From Microcoleus sp. (lineage in GTDB: Bacteria > Cyanobacteriota > Cyanobacteriia > Cyanobacteriales > Microcoleaceae), in contig JAYFMW010000017.1 in assembly GCA_042408215.1 (NCBI GenBank), positions 352,001 to 416,000 of the forward strand: a stretch of 64,000 nt of DNA, written 5' to 3'. Shown in pieces: positions 1 to 10,532 of this stretch; position 1 is the stretch's first letter; every line of letters begins with the position of its first letter. A program made the position numbers and the translations under genes. The notes under the pieces are model-generated. The model was not told where the DNA came from and did no database searches. It was given only the letters and a program-made list of their open reading frames with translations.

Positions 1-390
1 TACTCCGACGGCGTGGTAAATTCGAGTGCTACAACGATCGCAAATAAAATAGCGATCCTCTTCGAGGGCTGCGCTAACGAGCACCGCCCCCGCAAATACT
101 TCTCCTGAATAGTCAAGTTTTCTGGGATTTTAAATAGGCTTTTAAACATCTCTATTCATCCATATTTCATCTATTGTGGCGCAAAAGAACCGCGTTTAGC
201 TAGCATATATATCTCTAAGTATAGATGGTCTAAAAAAACTAAACATTTGTCTATTCGTAAAAATATATACCAGCTAAGCATAACTTGTAAACGGCAACTT
301 ATACCTCTAGGCTGATGCTCAAAAACCCTAACTTCAAGTATACTGATTGTTAAAATTAGATTGCACTTAGAAGGAAGTATTGGCTCAGTT

Positions 391-2169
391 ATGCTTCAAG
401 GATTAATTCAAATCGCATTAACGCTAATCATTGTAGTAGCGATCGCCCCGGTTTTTGGCAATTACATGGCGCAGGTATACATGGGAGAACCAACCATCCT
501 CGACCCCGCCATTAAACCTGTAGAAAAATTAATCTATACCGCCAGCAATATTCGATCTTCGGATTCAATGACAGGTTGGCAATATGCGCGATCGCTATTA
601 TACAGCAATATAGCAATGGGCATATTTGTTTTCCTCATTTTCATACTTCAAGGATGGCTGCCTTTAAATGCCACCGGCTTAGGTGCACCAACCTGGGATA
701 CCACCCTGCACACTACTATTTCATTTCTCACAAATACCGACCAACAACATTACTCCGGCGAGACAACATTTACTTATCTATCCCAGTTAACTCTGGGTTT
801 TTTAATGTTTACCTCAGCCGCCACCGGTTTAGCAGTAGGAATCGCATTTATTCGCGGATTAACCGGCCGCCCGCTGGGCAACTTTTACATAGATTTAATT
901 CAATCAATCACCCGCATCCTGCTGCCTCTTTCTTTAATAATTGGTTTGCTTCTACTAATTAATGGCGTACCAGAAACCCTAGGTGGCCCCGCAGTAGCCA
1001 CCACCTTAGAAGGCAGCACCCAAGTAATAGCTCGCGGCCCAGTCGCTCACTTTGAAAGCATCAAACAAATCGGAGAAAACGGCGGCGGATTTTTTGCCAT
1101 TAACTCCGCTCACCCCTTGGAAAACCCCAGCCCTTTTACTAACCTGCTAGAAACATTAGCAATGGTTTCAATTCCGGCAGCACTCATTCATACTTACGGC
1201 ATTTTTGCCAATAACAAAAAACAAGGCTGGCTGATTTTTTGGATGGTTTTTGGCATCTACGTTGTCTTGATTAGCATTGCAGCAATTGGTGAGTTTCAAG
1301 GCAATCCTCAAATCAATAATTTACTGGGTTCCGCCCAGCCAAATTTAGAAGGAAAAGAAGTGAGATTCGGCTGGGCAGCAACCGCACTTTGGGCTGTGAC
1401 TACGACGGGCACAATGTGCGGGGCTGTGAACGGAATGCACGACTCTTTAATGCCTCCAGGTGGTTTTGCTACTCTGTTTAACTTATTTATGCAAATCGTT
1501 TGGGGCGGACAAGGAACGGGAACAGCTTACTTATTTGTATACTTAATATTGAGTGTATTTCTCACCGGATTGATGGTGGGAAGAACGCCAGAATTTTTAG
1601 GAAGAAAGATCGAAAAAAAGGAAATAGTTTTAGCCAGCGTTGTCTTGCTAATTCACCCGATCGCCGTTTTAATCCCCGGAGCAATCACCCTCGCATTTAC
1701 CAACAGTTTGAGCGGCATCAGCAACCCCGGATTTCACGGCATTTCCCAGGTGATGTACGAATACGCTTCAGCCGCAGCCAACAACGGTTCAGGTTTTGAA
1801 GGATTAGCAGACTCTCAACCAGCATCTACCGGACTTTGGTGGAATTTAAGCACCTGTTTCAGCCTGCTGTTGGGGCGCTACGTTCCGATTGTTGCACTGC
1901 TGCTTTTAGCCGATAGCATGACCAACAAACAACCAGTTCCAGAAACAACAGGTACTCTCAGAACAGATTCAATTTTATTCACCAGCGTCACCGCCGGAGT
2001 AATCTTAATTCTGGGCGCGCTGACATTTTTCCCAGTTTTGGCTTTAGGGCCAATTGCCGAAGGATATGAAATTAGCAGCGGCAAATTTGAACCTGCACCG
2101 ACCACAGTACCCGCAGACATCAATCCTTCACCTTTAGGAAAGCCTTCGATCCCCCTAAATCCCCCTTAA
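391..2169 (+). CDS. kdpA: K+-transporting ATPase subunit A
   Basis: Polytopic membrane protein with KdpA motifs [31 protein letters not shown] and [16 protein letters not shown] at 391 preferred over TTG at 361. Confidence 0.97.
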   Translation: MLQGLIQIALTLIIVVAIAPVFGNYMAQVYMGEPTILDPAIKPVEKLIYTASNIRSSDSMTGWQYARSLLYSNIAMGIFVFLIFILQGWLPLNATGLGAPTWDTTLHTTISFLTNTDQQHYSGETTFTYLSQLTLGFLMFTSAATGLAVGIAFIRGLTGRPLGNFYIDLIQSITRILLPLSLIIGLLLLINGVPETLGGPAVATTLEGSTQVIARGPVAHFESIKQIGENGGGFFAINSAHPLENPSPFTNLLETLAMVSIPAALIHTYGIFANNKKQGWLIFWMVFGIYVVLISIAAIGEFQGNPQINNLLGSAQPNLEGKEVRFGWAATALWAVTTTGTMCGAVNGMHDSLMPPGGFATLFNLFMQIVWGGQGTGTAYLFVYLILSVFLTGLMVGRTPEFLGRKIEKKEIVLASVVLLIHPIAVLIPGAITLAFTNSLSGISNPGFHGISQVMYEYASAAANNGSGFEGLADSQPASTGLWWNLSTCFSLLLGRYVPIVALLLLADSMTNKQPVPETTGTLRTDSILFTSVTAGVILILGALTFFPVLALGPIAEGYEISSGKFEPAPTTVPADINPSPLGKPSIPLNPP

Positions 2170-2225
2170 AAAGGGGGACTTTGATGGTCATGCTCCCCCC
2201 TTTTTAAGGGGGGCTGGGGGGGATC
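2148..2225. repeat. GATCCCCC...GGGGGATC palindromic dispersed repeat
   Basis: gatccccctaaatcccccttaaaagggggac...tttttaagggggggctgggggggatc. The same family recurs near 5660, 16312, 20340, 27967, 42395 and 60719. Confidence 0.85.
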
Positions 2226-2247
2226 GGAATCTGGTGGTAAAGGCCAC

Positions 2248-2334
2248 AATCCGCAATCCCCAATCCCCAATCCTAAAATCCCAAATCCCAAATCCCAAAT
2301 CCCAAATCTAAAATCCAAAATTTAAAATCCCCAA
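2248..2334. repeat. STRR-type short tandem repeats (AATCCC(C/A) units)
   Basis: Imperfect tandem aatcccc/aatccca/aaatct(a) units between kdpA and kdpB. Confidence 0.8.
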
Positions 2335-2339
2335 TCGAT

Positions 2340-4436
2340 ATGGCTTCTTCCAATAGCACCAATTCTCAAAAAAATCCCCGTTCTAGAGGTTCTCGCGAGT
2401 CCCGCCGACACACGCCGAAAGCAAATACCAAAGGCCTTTACCAAAGAGCTTTCAAACAAGCTTTTGTCAAACTCGAACCACGGGTGATGTTGAAAAATCC
2501 GGTGATGTTTGTGGTGTGGGTAGGCACAATTGTGACTGCATTATTAACGATCGATCCGAATCTTTTCGGCCCGGTTCCAGGTAAAAATCAGGTAGTTTTC
2601 AACGGTTTAGTCACATTAATTTTGTTCTTCACTTTGGTGTTTGCGAATTTTGCCGAAGCGGTAGCAGAAGGGCGCGGTAAAGCCCAAGCAGACGCACTGC
2701 GATCGACCAAAGCCGACACCACAGCCCGCAAACTCTTACCAGACGGTTCATTGCAGGATGTAAGTTCCACATCCCTGAGACGCGGCGATCAAATTAAAGT
2801 GATCGCAGGTGACATCATTCCCGCTGACGGCGAAGTGATTGCGGGTGTCGCATCGGTGGACGAATCTGCGATCACCGGCGAATCCGCGCCGGTGCTCAAG
2901 GAACCGGGCTCGGACATCGCCAGTTCCGTTACCGGCGGGACACGCATCCTTTCCGACGAACTGACGCTGCGGGTGATGGCCGACCCCGGTAAGGGGTTTT
3001 TGGACAGGATGATCGCGCTGGTAGAGGGCGCTGAACGCACGAAAACACCGAATGAGATCGCGCTGACGGTGCTGCTAGCGGTGCTGACGCTGGTGTTTTT
3101 GATTGTGGTTTCGACGATTGGTCCGATCGGAAATTACGTGAAAACCCCTGTGGGCGTGGTGACGCTGATTTCGCTGCTGGTGGCGCTGATTCCGACGACG
3201 ATCGGCGGTTTGCTGAGTGCGATCGGGATTGCGGGGATGGATCGCGTCGCTCAATTTAACGTCGTAGCGACCTCTGGGCGCGCCGTGGAGGCTTGCGGCG
3301 ACGTGAATACGCTGATTTTGGACAAAACGGGGACAATCACGCTGGGCAACCGTTTAGCCGAGGAGTTCATTCCGGTCAACGGCCATTCGTTGGCAGAAGT
3401 TGCCAGTATAGCCCTGGCTGCGAGTGTGTTTGATGAGACTCCAGAGGGAAAGTCGATCGTCCGTTTGTCGGAAAAATTGGGCGCAACGGTGAATTTCGAT
3501 CGCACCAACGCAACCGGGCTGGAATTTTCAGCAAAAACGCGGATGTCTGGCACGGATTTGCCCGATGGTAGGGAGGTTCGCAAGGGTGCGGTGGATGCGG
3601 TGAAGGGTTTTGTGCGATCGCGCGGTGGCAATTTCGGCCCCGATCTCGACTCAGCTTACGAGCGAGTTTCCCGGCTCGGAGGCACACCTTTAGCTGTTTG
3701 TCAAGGCAACGACACCTACGGCATTATCTATTTGAAAGATATTATCAAACCGGGAATTCGCGATCGATTTGACCAACTGCGAAAAATGGGCATCCGCACA
3801 ATTATGCTCACCGGAGATAACCGGATTACAGCATCAGTAATTGCTGACGAAGCCGGCGTTGATGACTTCATTGCCGAAGCAACTCCAGAGGACAAAATCG
3901 ACGTAATTCGCAAGCAACAAGCCGAGGGCAAATTAGTAGCAATGACGGGGGATGGAACCAACGACGCGCCCGCACTAGCCCAGGCAAATGTAGGACTCGC
4001 AATGAATTCTGGAACCCAAGCCGCGAAAGAAGCTGCGAACATGGTGGACTTAGATTCTGACCCCACAAAACTGATTGATTTAGTGACAATTGGCAAACAG
4101 TTGCTGATTACTCGCGGCGCGCTGACTACATTTTCCCTAGCCAACGATATCGCTAAATATTTTGCAATTATTCCGGCAATGTTTGCTCCCGTTGGCGCAT
4201 TGAACGTGATGGGTTTAGCCAGCGGACAATCGGCGGTTTTGTCTGCATTAGTTTACAATGCTTTGATTATTCCCGCTTTGATTCCCCTAGCTTTAACCGG
4301 GGTAAAATTTCGACCGTTGAGCGCAAATCAACTGTTGCAGCGTAACATTTTAATCTACGGATTGGGCGGAGCAGTCGCGCCGTTTATTGCCATCAAAATT
4401 ATTGATGTTTTGATTGCCGCCGTTGGGTTAGCATAG
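2340..4436 (+). CDS. kdpB: K+-transporting ATPase subunit B (P-type ATPase)
   Basis: DKTGTIT phosphorylation motif, TGES, MLTGDN and [10 protein letters not shown]. Confidence 0.98.
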   Translation: MASSNSTNSQKNPRSRGSRESRRHTPKANTKGLYQRAFKQAFVKLEPRVMLKNPVMFVVWVGTIVTALLTIDPNLFGPVPGKNQVVFNGLVTLILFFTLVFANFAEAVAEGRGKAQADALRSTKADTTARKLLPDGSLQDVSSTSLRRGDQIKVIAGDIIPADGEVIAGVASVDESAITGESAPVLKEPGSDIASSVTGGTRILSDELTLRVMADPGKGFLDRMIALVEGAERTKTPNEIALTVLLAVLTLVFLIVVSTIGPIGNYVKTPVGVVTLISLLVALIPTTIGGLLSAIGIAGMDRVAQFNVVATSGRAVEACGDVNTLILDKTGTITLGNRLAEEFIPVNGHSLAEVASIALAASVFDETPEGKSIVRLSEKLGATVNFDRTNATGLEFSAKTRMSGTDLPDGREVRKGAVDAVKGFVRSRGGNFGPDLDSAYERVSRLGGTPLAVCQGNDTYGIIYLKDIIKPGIRDRFDQLRKMGIRTIMLTGDNRITASVIADEAGVDDFIAEATPEDKIDVIRKQQAEGKLVAMTGDGTNDAPALAQANVGLAMNSGTQAAKEAANMVDLDSDPTKLIDLVTIGKQLLITRGALTTFSLANDIAKYFAIIPAMFAPVGALNVMGLASGQSAVLSALVYNALIIPALIPLALTGVKFRPLSANQLLQRNILIYGLGGAVAPFIAIKIIDVLIAAVGLA

Positions 4437-4514
4437 AAGAAGTTCGGCAACGGATTTTGTAACGGATGTAAGGGATAGTTTGACAGATATTTAGTTACCA
4501 ATCAAGGAGAATTT

Positions 4515-4784
4515 ATGAAACGGAATGAGTTGCTGAATGATGTTTTGTCTAGGGATTTCCAAGAAATTATTGAGTTAGCACAAATGCTTTGGCGTCGCCA
4601 CCCAATCCCGGTGCAGCTATTTCTGGTAATGTGTTTTAATGCGATAATTGCACCGGCTGTTTATGCGGCTGCGGGTGAAGATTTGACCAAGAAAGCAGCC
4701 TGGGGTTTAAGTCTCCTGGGTTTGGTGATTATCGGGCTGGCTATTTATCTGTTTGTCGTGATTTTTCTGCCCGAAAGATTTTAG
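4515..4784 (+). CDS. kdpF: KdpF-like small membrane subunit with N-terminal extension (cyanobacterial KdpG-type)
   Basis: Lies between kdpB and kdpC. C-terminal hydrophobic helix ends in YLFVVIFLPERF, matching the KdpF YL...PExF signature. Confidence 0.8.
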   Translation: MKRNELLNDVLSRDFQEIIELAQMLWRRHPIPVQLFLVMCFNAIIAPAVYAAAGEDLTKKAAWGLSLLGLVIIGLAIYLFVVIFLPERF

Positions 4785-4951
4785 TCAAATACTGGCAACA
4801 AACAATTAAGCTGCTTCGTGATCCCAAACTCACGAATACAGAAAAAGCTGTGTCTGCCCTCTTCCTACTGCCTTCTTCCTTACATCCGTTACATCCGTTA
4901 CATCCGTTACAAAATCCGTTGCCGAACTTCCTTCATTAATTGAGGTCATTT

Positions 4952-5581
4952 ATGAGAGAAATAATCAAAGCAATTCGCGTGACTTTAGTGCTGTGGGGAA
5001 TTACAGCCATTATTTATCCTTTGATTTTGCTAGTAATCGGTCAAATTGCCTTCAATTCCCAGGCTAATGGTAGCTTAATTATTAAGCAAGGAGTGGTAGT
5101 TGGTTCTGCTTTAATCGGTCAGAATTTCACGTCAGAAAAATATTTTTGGAGCCGTCCCAGCACCACAAATTACAGCAGCTTTGTGGCTTCAGATTACGAG
5201 CCGACAAAGGGAGAAAATTTAAGTCAGAGAACAGGCGTTTCGGGAGCTAGTAATCTTGCTCCCAGCAATTCGGCTCTGCTGAAGCGGGGTAATAAACAAG
5301 ATGGTTTTCAGGGTGTTAAAATTGAATTAGACCGTCTCAGCAAAGCTGGAATTAAACCGACTGCTGATTTAGTCTATACTTCCGGTTCTAGCCTCGATCC
5401 ACACATTAGCGAAGAGGCTGCTAGAGCGCAAGTTCAACGGATCGCAAAAGTGCGATCGCTCAATCCCAATCAAGTAGAAATGCTGGTATCCAAGAATACA
5501 GAGGGCCGGTTCCTAGGCATCTTCGGCGAACCGGGGGTTAACGTCCTAAAACTGAATTTAGCTCTAGATCGTTTGCCATAA
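4952..5581 (+). CDS. kdpC: K+-transporting ATPase subunit C
   Basis: N-terminal TM helix, GSALIGQ.F...YFWSRPS, SGASNLAPS, SGSSLDPHIS and GEPGVNVLKLNLALD. Confidence 0.97.
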   Translation: MREIIKAIRVTLVLWGITAIIYPLILLVIGQIAFNSQANGSLIIKQGVVVGSALIGQNFTSEKYFWSRPSTTNYSSFVASDYEPTKGENLSQRTGVSGASNLAPSNSALLKRGNKQDGFQGVKIELDRLSKAGIKPTADLVYTSGSSLDPHISEEAARAQVQRIAKVRSLNPNQVEMLVSKNTEGRFLGIFGEPGVNVLKLNLALDRLP

Positions 5582-5600
5582 TTTATAATACAGGACTTAC

Positions 5601-5818
5601 CATTGGTGTCAACTTAAGACTGAAACCCATAATAAATATCGCTTTTACCTAAGTCTAGATCCCCCTAAATCCCCCTTAATAAGGGAGTAGGGTGTGAGTA
5701 GGGGTTGACGAAAGATCGGACTCTTGTCCCCCCCTTATTAAGGGGGGCTAGGGGGGATCTAAGTTTAATAGTCAAACAGCAGTCTGTGACTGGGTTAGAA
5801 GTTAAGTTGACACCAATG
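5601..5818. mobile_element. MITE with CATTGGTGTCAACTTAA terminal inverted repeats and 9-bp target duplication
   Basis: cattggtgtcaacttaa...ttaagttgacaccaatg flanked on both sides by aggacttac. Contains the GATCCCCC palindrome. Confidence 0.88.
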
Positions 5819-5930
5819 AGGACTTACGTACTCCGACTCCTCGAAACCGGGTTTTTTAGCGAATCTGAGGGTTGGAACTCTGTATTTTCCTCCATCAAAC
5901 CCGGTTTCTAGGCCTCGATGGGTAAGTCCT
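5819..5930. repeat. AGGACTTAC...GTAAGTCCT / GAAACCGGGTTT inverted-repeat family
   Basis: gaaaccgggtttt...aaacccggtttct. Similar copies near 16211-16275, 18026-18160 and 23507-23589. Confidence 0.7.
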
Positions 5931-5966
5931 ATAATAGTCACCCGCCCTCATTAAATTGCTTTTTTT

Positions 5967-6027
5967 CTTCTTCCTTCTTCCTTCTTCCTTCTTCCTTCTT
6001 CCTTCTTCCTTCTTCCTTCTTCCTTCT
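5967..6027. repeat. TTCCTTC heptamer tandem repeat
   Basis: Tandem ttccttc units just upstream of the kdpD start. Confidence 0.85.
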
Positions 6028-6032
6028 GCTAT

Positions 6033-7172
6033 ATGATTCACTCTAGCGAACTCGAAAACAACCCAGAGGCAATTTACGCCCAACCAAATCGCGCTTACGA
6101 TCGCATCCGCCGGGGGAAGCACAAAATCTTTATCGGTATGGCCCCCGGTGTCGGCAAAACTTTCCGAATGCTAGAAGAAGGACACAGCCTCAAATCAGAA
6201 GGCATTGATGTGGTTGTCGGGTTATTAGAAACTCACGGGCGAAAAGAAACAGCAGCCAAAGGCGAAGGACTAGAAATAGTGCCGCGAAAACAAATGCTGC
6301 GAGGCGAAAAAATGCTGACAGAAATGGATACAGAATCTGTCATAGAACGTCGCCCTCAACTAGCATTAATAGACGAACTTGCTCATACAAATATTCCCGG
6401 TTCTCTGCGAGAAAAGCGATATCAAGATGTCGAAGAAATTCTCAAGGCTGGGATTGATGTTTTTTCAACTCTCAACATTCAGCACATAGAAAGTCTGAAT
6501 GATTTAGTAGCACGAATTACCGGAGTTGTCGTGCGAGAGCGAGTGCCCGATCGCATCCTCGAAGATGCTGACGAAGTAGTCGTTATTGATGTCACACCGG
6601 AAACCCTAGAAGAACGGTTGCTAGAAGGCAAAATCTACGCTCCCGAAAAAATAGAACAATCTTTAGAAAACTTTTTCCAGCGTCGTCATTTAATTGCTTT
6701 ACGAGAACTAGCATTACGAGAAGTCGCAGACAACGTTGAAGAGGACGCAGCAACTTTAAAAGGTCAATCTTGCAACATTCACGAACGAGTTTTAGTCTGC
6801 GTTTCAACTTATCCCAATTCTTTGCAACTGCTGCGGCGGGGTGCGAGAATTTCTAACTACATGAATGCTCCCTTTTATGCTTTGTTTGTCGATAATCCCG
6901 ATCGCTTTTTAACAAAAGCCGAAAGCTTGCACGTTGAAACTTGTCAGAAGCTTTGCCAAGAATTTAACGGGGCATTTCTGCGGGTGCAAAATTCAAATAT
7001 CGCCAAAGCAATTTCCGAGGTAGCTCAAGAGTATCGCATTACTCAAATTGTCATCGGCGAAAGCCAGCAATCTCGGTGGAAATTGCTGCTGCGGGGTTCT
7101 TTGACTCAGCAATTAGTGCGATCGCTCAAACACGTAGATTTGCACATCATCGCTACTGAGAAAAATCATTAG
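6033..7172 (+). CDS. kdpD: Short cyanobacterial KdpD (N-terminal KdpD domain + Usp domain; no kinase or TM part)
   Basis: RGKHKIFIGMAPGVGKT Walker A, DELAHTN, TLNIQHIESLND and LRELALR, followed by a Usp-like C-terminus (ITQIVIGES). Confidence 0.93.
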   Translation: MIHSSELENNPEAIYAQPNRAYDRIRRGKHKIFIGMAPGVGKTFRMLEEGHSLKSEGIDVVVGLLETHGRKETAAKGEGLEIVPRKQMLRGEKMLTEMDTESVIERRPQLALIDELAHTNIPGSLREKRYQDVEEILKAGIDVFSTLNIQHIESLNDLVARITGVVVRERVPDRILEDADEVVVIDVTPETLEERLLEGKIYAPEKIEQSLENFFQRRHLIALRELALREVADNVEEDAATLKGQSCNIHERVLVCVSTYPNSLQLLRRGARISNYMNAPFYALFVDNPDRFLTKAESLHVETCQKLCQEFNGAFLRVQNSNIAKAISEVAQEYRITQIVIGESQQSRWKLLLRGSLTQQLVRSLKHVDLHIIATEKNH

Positions 7173-7272
7173 TCATTGGTCATTGGTCATTAGTTATTAG
7201 TTATTAGTTCTTGTTTAGTAACAAGTAACTATAGCATTTATCAGTTGATATCGGTAGGAACACGGCAGTACC

Positions 7273-7754
7273 CATTGGTGTCAACTTAAGCAGTTGACAC
7301 CCAGATTTCCTGATAGTAAGTAACCTTCTATCTATGTCCCTTAAGCTCTTGTTTAATCTAACCCAGCATTTTATGATGCTCAACTAAATAGGTAACTACA
7401 TCTGTACTTTCACCCCGCAACAAAGCTCGCGAAAAATGATCTAGTCCACGAAAAACCATCTCTACCGAAATGCGTTCCTTGGGTTGACCTAACTCCACAG
7501 CTACTGAGGAACACAAATCATTGAGAACTGCATCAAATATCCCAGTCGCATAAATTTGAATTTCTACTCCATTATTCCCACCCACAAATAAGCTAACCCA
7601 AGTAAAGGTTTTGTCAGTAAAAATGTCTCTTCTACTTTCCAACGGCTACGATACTGTTCACACACTTGTTGCGCCGATAATTTTTGTGGGTCTTTGACGT
7701 TAGTCAGATAGTATAGCAACCGCCAAGACGGTTGCTATAATGTCAACACCAATG
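7273..7754 (-). mobile_element. IS4-family transposon remnant (3' part of transposase, frameshifted, internally deleted)
   Basis: Minus strand reads YYLTNVKDPQKLSAQQVCEQYRSRWKVEETFLLTK (IS4 YxxRWxxE signature), then continues in another frame as ...ERISVEMVFRGLDHFSRA.... Bounded by cattggtgtcaac (7273) and gtcaacaccaatg (7754). Confidence 0.82.
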
Positions 7755-7847
7755 TCTACCGCTATATTCACGGAGTTTACAAGAATTCGTTTACTATACG
7801 AAAGCATTCTTAATAATCCCCGCCTATGCGAGACCGGGGAGTGTCAA
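7754..7847 (+). mobile_element. Truncated non-autonomous IS200/IS605-type element (right end)
   Basis: 53 bp identical to 36021-36073, followed by the hairpin atccccg...cggggag and the terminal gtgtcaa typical of IS605 right ends. Confidence 0.7.
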
Positions 7848-7896
7848 TGAGTAAATTCCCATACTGCATACCCTAAAAAAAGTTTGAAAGTAACTT

Positions 7897-8124
7897 CTAT
7901 GCTTCACTCTCAGGAGGCATCACAAATCCCGGACACTTGTATTTTCCACCTTTCTTATCTGTACAGGTCTTCATCGACTGATTCGAGTTGAATAGCTCTT
8001 CGACTTGGTTATTAGCTGTTGGTGCAACAATCGCAGGAGTTGGCAGTGCTTTTGAGGCTTGACATAGCTCTAGTACCGCGATCATCGCCAGTATAGTTGA
8101 TGAAATCCAGACGGTGCGTTTCAT
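7897..8124 (-). CDS. Small secreted protein/peptide precursor (75 aa) with C-terminal Cys pair
   Basis: ATG overlaps the TPR stop (ATGA). Signal-peptide-like MKRTVWISSTILAMIAVLELCQASKA; tail KTCTDKKGGKYKCPG. Confidence 0.7.
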   Translation of the reverse strand: MKRTVWISSTILAMIAVLELCQASKALPTPAIVAPTANNQVEELFNSNQSMKTCTDKKGGKYKCPGFVMPPESEA

Positions 8125-8843
8125 TTTTTGGTTTTTTCCTCTTGTAAGCGTTGACGGGCCATCCCTATCCATATATCCTCATCGAATTCTTGAGAATCCG
8201 CATACTTTAGGCAAGATTTCCACTGCTGTTGAGCTTGCTTAGGTTGTTTCATCCCTTCTAAGACTTGCGCTTTTAGACAGTAAGTCGCAGGTATGGCGCT
8301 ATCAAGTTTCGTCGCTGCATCCAGATGTTGCAGTGCTTCTGAGTATCGGCGCTGTTCTAGGCGAGCCCAACCCAAATTTTTGAGCAGAGAAGATTTGACT
8401 TGATCGTCCTCAGCTAATTTTAAACCTTGAAACAGCAAGTGAACAGCAGCAGGATAATTTTTGTCATGAAGGATATATAATTGAGCTAGGTTGCTGTAAG
8501 CAGCAGGGAACCCGAGTTTAGCAGCTTGCCGATATTTTGCTTCCGCGCATTCCAAATCTTGCACCTCTTCGCAAAGCCATCCCAAATTATAAAGAGCAGT
8601 TTGGCTCTTGGGATTTAGGAAGAGCGCTAACTGATAGGATGATTGAGTATCAGCCAACCGACTGGCTTTGTAGTTTTCAAACCCGAGATTGTTAAAAAAT
8701 AATGCTAGTTCCGGCAACCCAAGTTGCCAGCCACCAAACCCTACTGTTAGCATCAGCAGCAATGCAGCCCATTTGGATTTCTGATGATTTTTAGCTGTAG
8801 CTGCCTGCTCCATGACCTTGAAAAGGTTAGCTAATGGTTTCAT
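8121..8843 (-). CDS. Membrane-anchored tetratricopeptide repeat protein
   Basis: N-terminal hydrophobic segment followed by TPR motifs (ALYNLGWL, AYSNLAQLY, LLKNLGWARL, TYCLKAQVLE). Confidence 0.85.
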   Translation of the reverse strand: MKPLANLFKVMEQAATAKNHQKSKWAALLLMLTVGFGGWQLGLPELALFFNNLGFENYKASRLADTQSSYQLALFLNPKSQTALYNLGWLCEEVQDLECAEAKYRQAAKLGFPAAYSNLAQLYILHDKNYPAAVHLLFQGLKLAEDDQVKSSLLKNLGWARLEQRRYSEALQHLDAATKLDSAIPATYCLKAQVLEGMKQPKQAQQQWKSCLKYADSQEFDEDIWIGMARQRLQEEKTKK

Positions 8844-9005
8844 TTTTAGTATAGTTTAACTTGAGAGTCTGGCGATATTTTATTTACGAGATGCAATTAC
8901 GACCGCAATTGCATCTAAATCTTGCGCAATAACTGAGACTTGAGCCAATTATCGATCGGATTGGGCAAGTCCCTAGCCGAATGCTTCTGTAATGCTAGCA
9001 ACACA

Positions 9006-9113
9006 TATAGCCTTTCTCAGAAAGATGAGGTACGACTGGGCATAGGGCATGGGGCATGGGGCATAGGGCATAGGGTTCCGTGGGCATACCTCACTTTTTT
9101 GAGAACCGCTATA
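9006..9113. mobile_element. TATAGC...GCTATA MITE with internal GGGCAT(A/G) STRR
   Basis: Inverted ends tatagc.tt.tctca....tgagg / cctca....tgagaa..gctata. An inverted copy lies at 30646-30746 and relatives at 7712-7739 and ~57040-57150. Confidence 0.75.
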
Positions 9114-9202
9114 GATGTATCCGCTTCTCAATGTATAATTCATCAGATGCCATTAGCGATCCGGATATTTAACTTTCGTCAGAAGGCATGGGTCAGAATT
9201 AA

Positions 9203-9330
9203 TTGACACTCCCCGGTCTAAAGACACGGGGATTCTTAAGGACAAACTTTGGGGGATGAATCCGCCCAAAGTTTAATTCTCAAAGGATTAGTCAGCAACC
9301 CTCTACCCACTCTCTCAATAATTGAGTCTA
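9203..9330 (-). ncRNA. Predicted TnpB omegaRNA/reRNA scaffold (5' boundary approximate)
   Basis: Hairpin-rich sequence between the tnpB 3' end and the TCAA right end (e.g. aaactttggg...cccaaagttt). Position matches the established reRNA location. Confidence 0.6.
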
Positions 9331-10532
9331 TGGCAAATGATTGATTTTCTAATGATATTAGCAGCACCGTTAACGTCTGCATTGATTAACACCCCAGCGC
9401 TAGAACGGTACAATCCTCTTTTGATTCTTTTACCCGATGGTTGCCAATTGTCAGGTTTTTCACCGACTTTTACTGGCAAAATGTCTCGGTCTAAAAAACT
9501 TGCTTTTGATGTGTAAGATTCATCTTGTTCGACCAATCGCCACCCCCTTAAGTCGCATTCTTGTTGGAGCCTTTCTTTGACTTTAGCGGTGGGTATTTGG
9601 ACAAAGTTCTGATTAGTTTTGCCTCCCATATTAACTTCTTGCTTTTGTCCTTTATTCCAGCCAAAAACCAGGAGATTGATTTGGTAATTTTCGCAATAAT
9701 TTATGATACTTCTAACTGCTTTGTTGACAGCATCTCTCATTCTTCTGGCGCGAGTTTCTGATAACTGTTGCAGTCTTTTTGATGAGAAACCTTTAGGCAA
9801 CTTACATTGATCGTGTACTGATTGCACCCGTGCCTTTTCCTTGTTAAACCACTGGTTCCAAGACTTGAGTCTATGTCCATCAATAATGAATGGCTTACCA
9901 TTACTAGAGACACAAGTTAACCAGTTGTTAATGCCGTGATCTATTCCCAAAACCCCTGTTACTTCCCGGCTACAACTAGGGGCTTGTTCAGTCAGAGATT
10001 CGTGGACATATTCGATCCAGACCTCGCCATTTCTAGGGATTAGCCTGAGTTCTTTAATCTGGCAATCTTTCAGCCTTTCTGGTAAAGTCACCCACAGAGC
10101 ATCTGCCCCAAAGTGTTCTTTGCCTTTGGTTCCCAGAGGTAGCCTTACCCGATTGCCGACTATTTTCAAGGCTTGCCCAGGGTAGGTCACTTGGTACATT
10201 GCTCCCTTGGTTCTGTACTTTGGCAATCTCGGTTTTTGATTAAGTTGCCCCTTTTTAGCCAGCCTTTCTAAGGCTCGGAAAGAACTAAAGGATTCAGCAA
10301 CAGACTTCAGGGATTGTTGGGCGACCTGCGAGTAGAGTAGACCGTAATTTTCGTTGGGTTTGGCAATTTTGTACAGGTCTGGGTATTTAATTACGCCTTT
10401 GTCTTTAAAGTACCGTTGCCTACTTTCGTAAGTGCCGACATTAAATAGATTGTTTGACCATCTGAGGATTTGCTCGACAATGGTTTTGTCAAGTCCCGTT
10501 AAATGCCAAACATCTTTTTGCACTGCGTACAT
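9315..10532 (-). CDS. tnpB: RNA-guided endonuclease TnpB
   Basis: N-terminal ..SNNLFN..Y..RQ and SQVAQQ; RuvC-I LGIDHGINN; DESYTSK; RuvC-III NADVNGAANI. Confidence 0.93.
   Translation of the reverse strand: MYAVQKDVWHLTGLDKTIVEQILRWSNNLFNVGTYESRQRYFKDKGVIKYPDLYKIAKPNENYGLLYSQVAQQSLKSVAESFSSFRALERLAKKGQLNQKPRLPKYRTKGAMYQVTYPGQALKIVGNRVRLPLGTKGKEHFGADALWVTLPERLKDCQIKELRLIPRNGEVWIEYVHESLTEQAPSCSREVTGVLGIDHGINNWLTCVSSNGKPFIIDGHRLKSWNQWFNKEKARVQSVHDQCKLPKGFSSKRLQQLSETRARRMRDAVNKAVRSIINYCENYQINLLVFGWNKGQKQEVNMGGKTNQNFVQIPTAKVKERLQQECDLRGWRLVEQDESYTSKASFLDRDILPVKVGEKPDNWQPSGKRIKRGLYRSSAGVLINADVNGAANIIRKSIICHRLNY

Noticed and set aside
361..390. TTG start for kdpA
   Set aside because: The ATG at 391 gives the typical KdpA N-terminus (MLQGLIQI).
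5705..6122. ORFs 5705-5911 and 5895-6122
   Set aside because: They are translations of MITE and heptamer repeats (PPLLRG..., EEGRRKK).
8940..9206. ORF 8940-9206
   Set aside because: Contains the GGGCAT STRR translation (GIGHGAWGIGH) inside a MITE.
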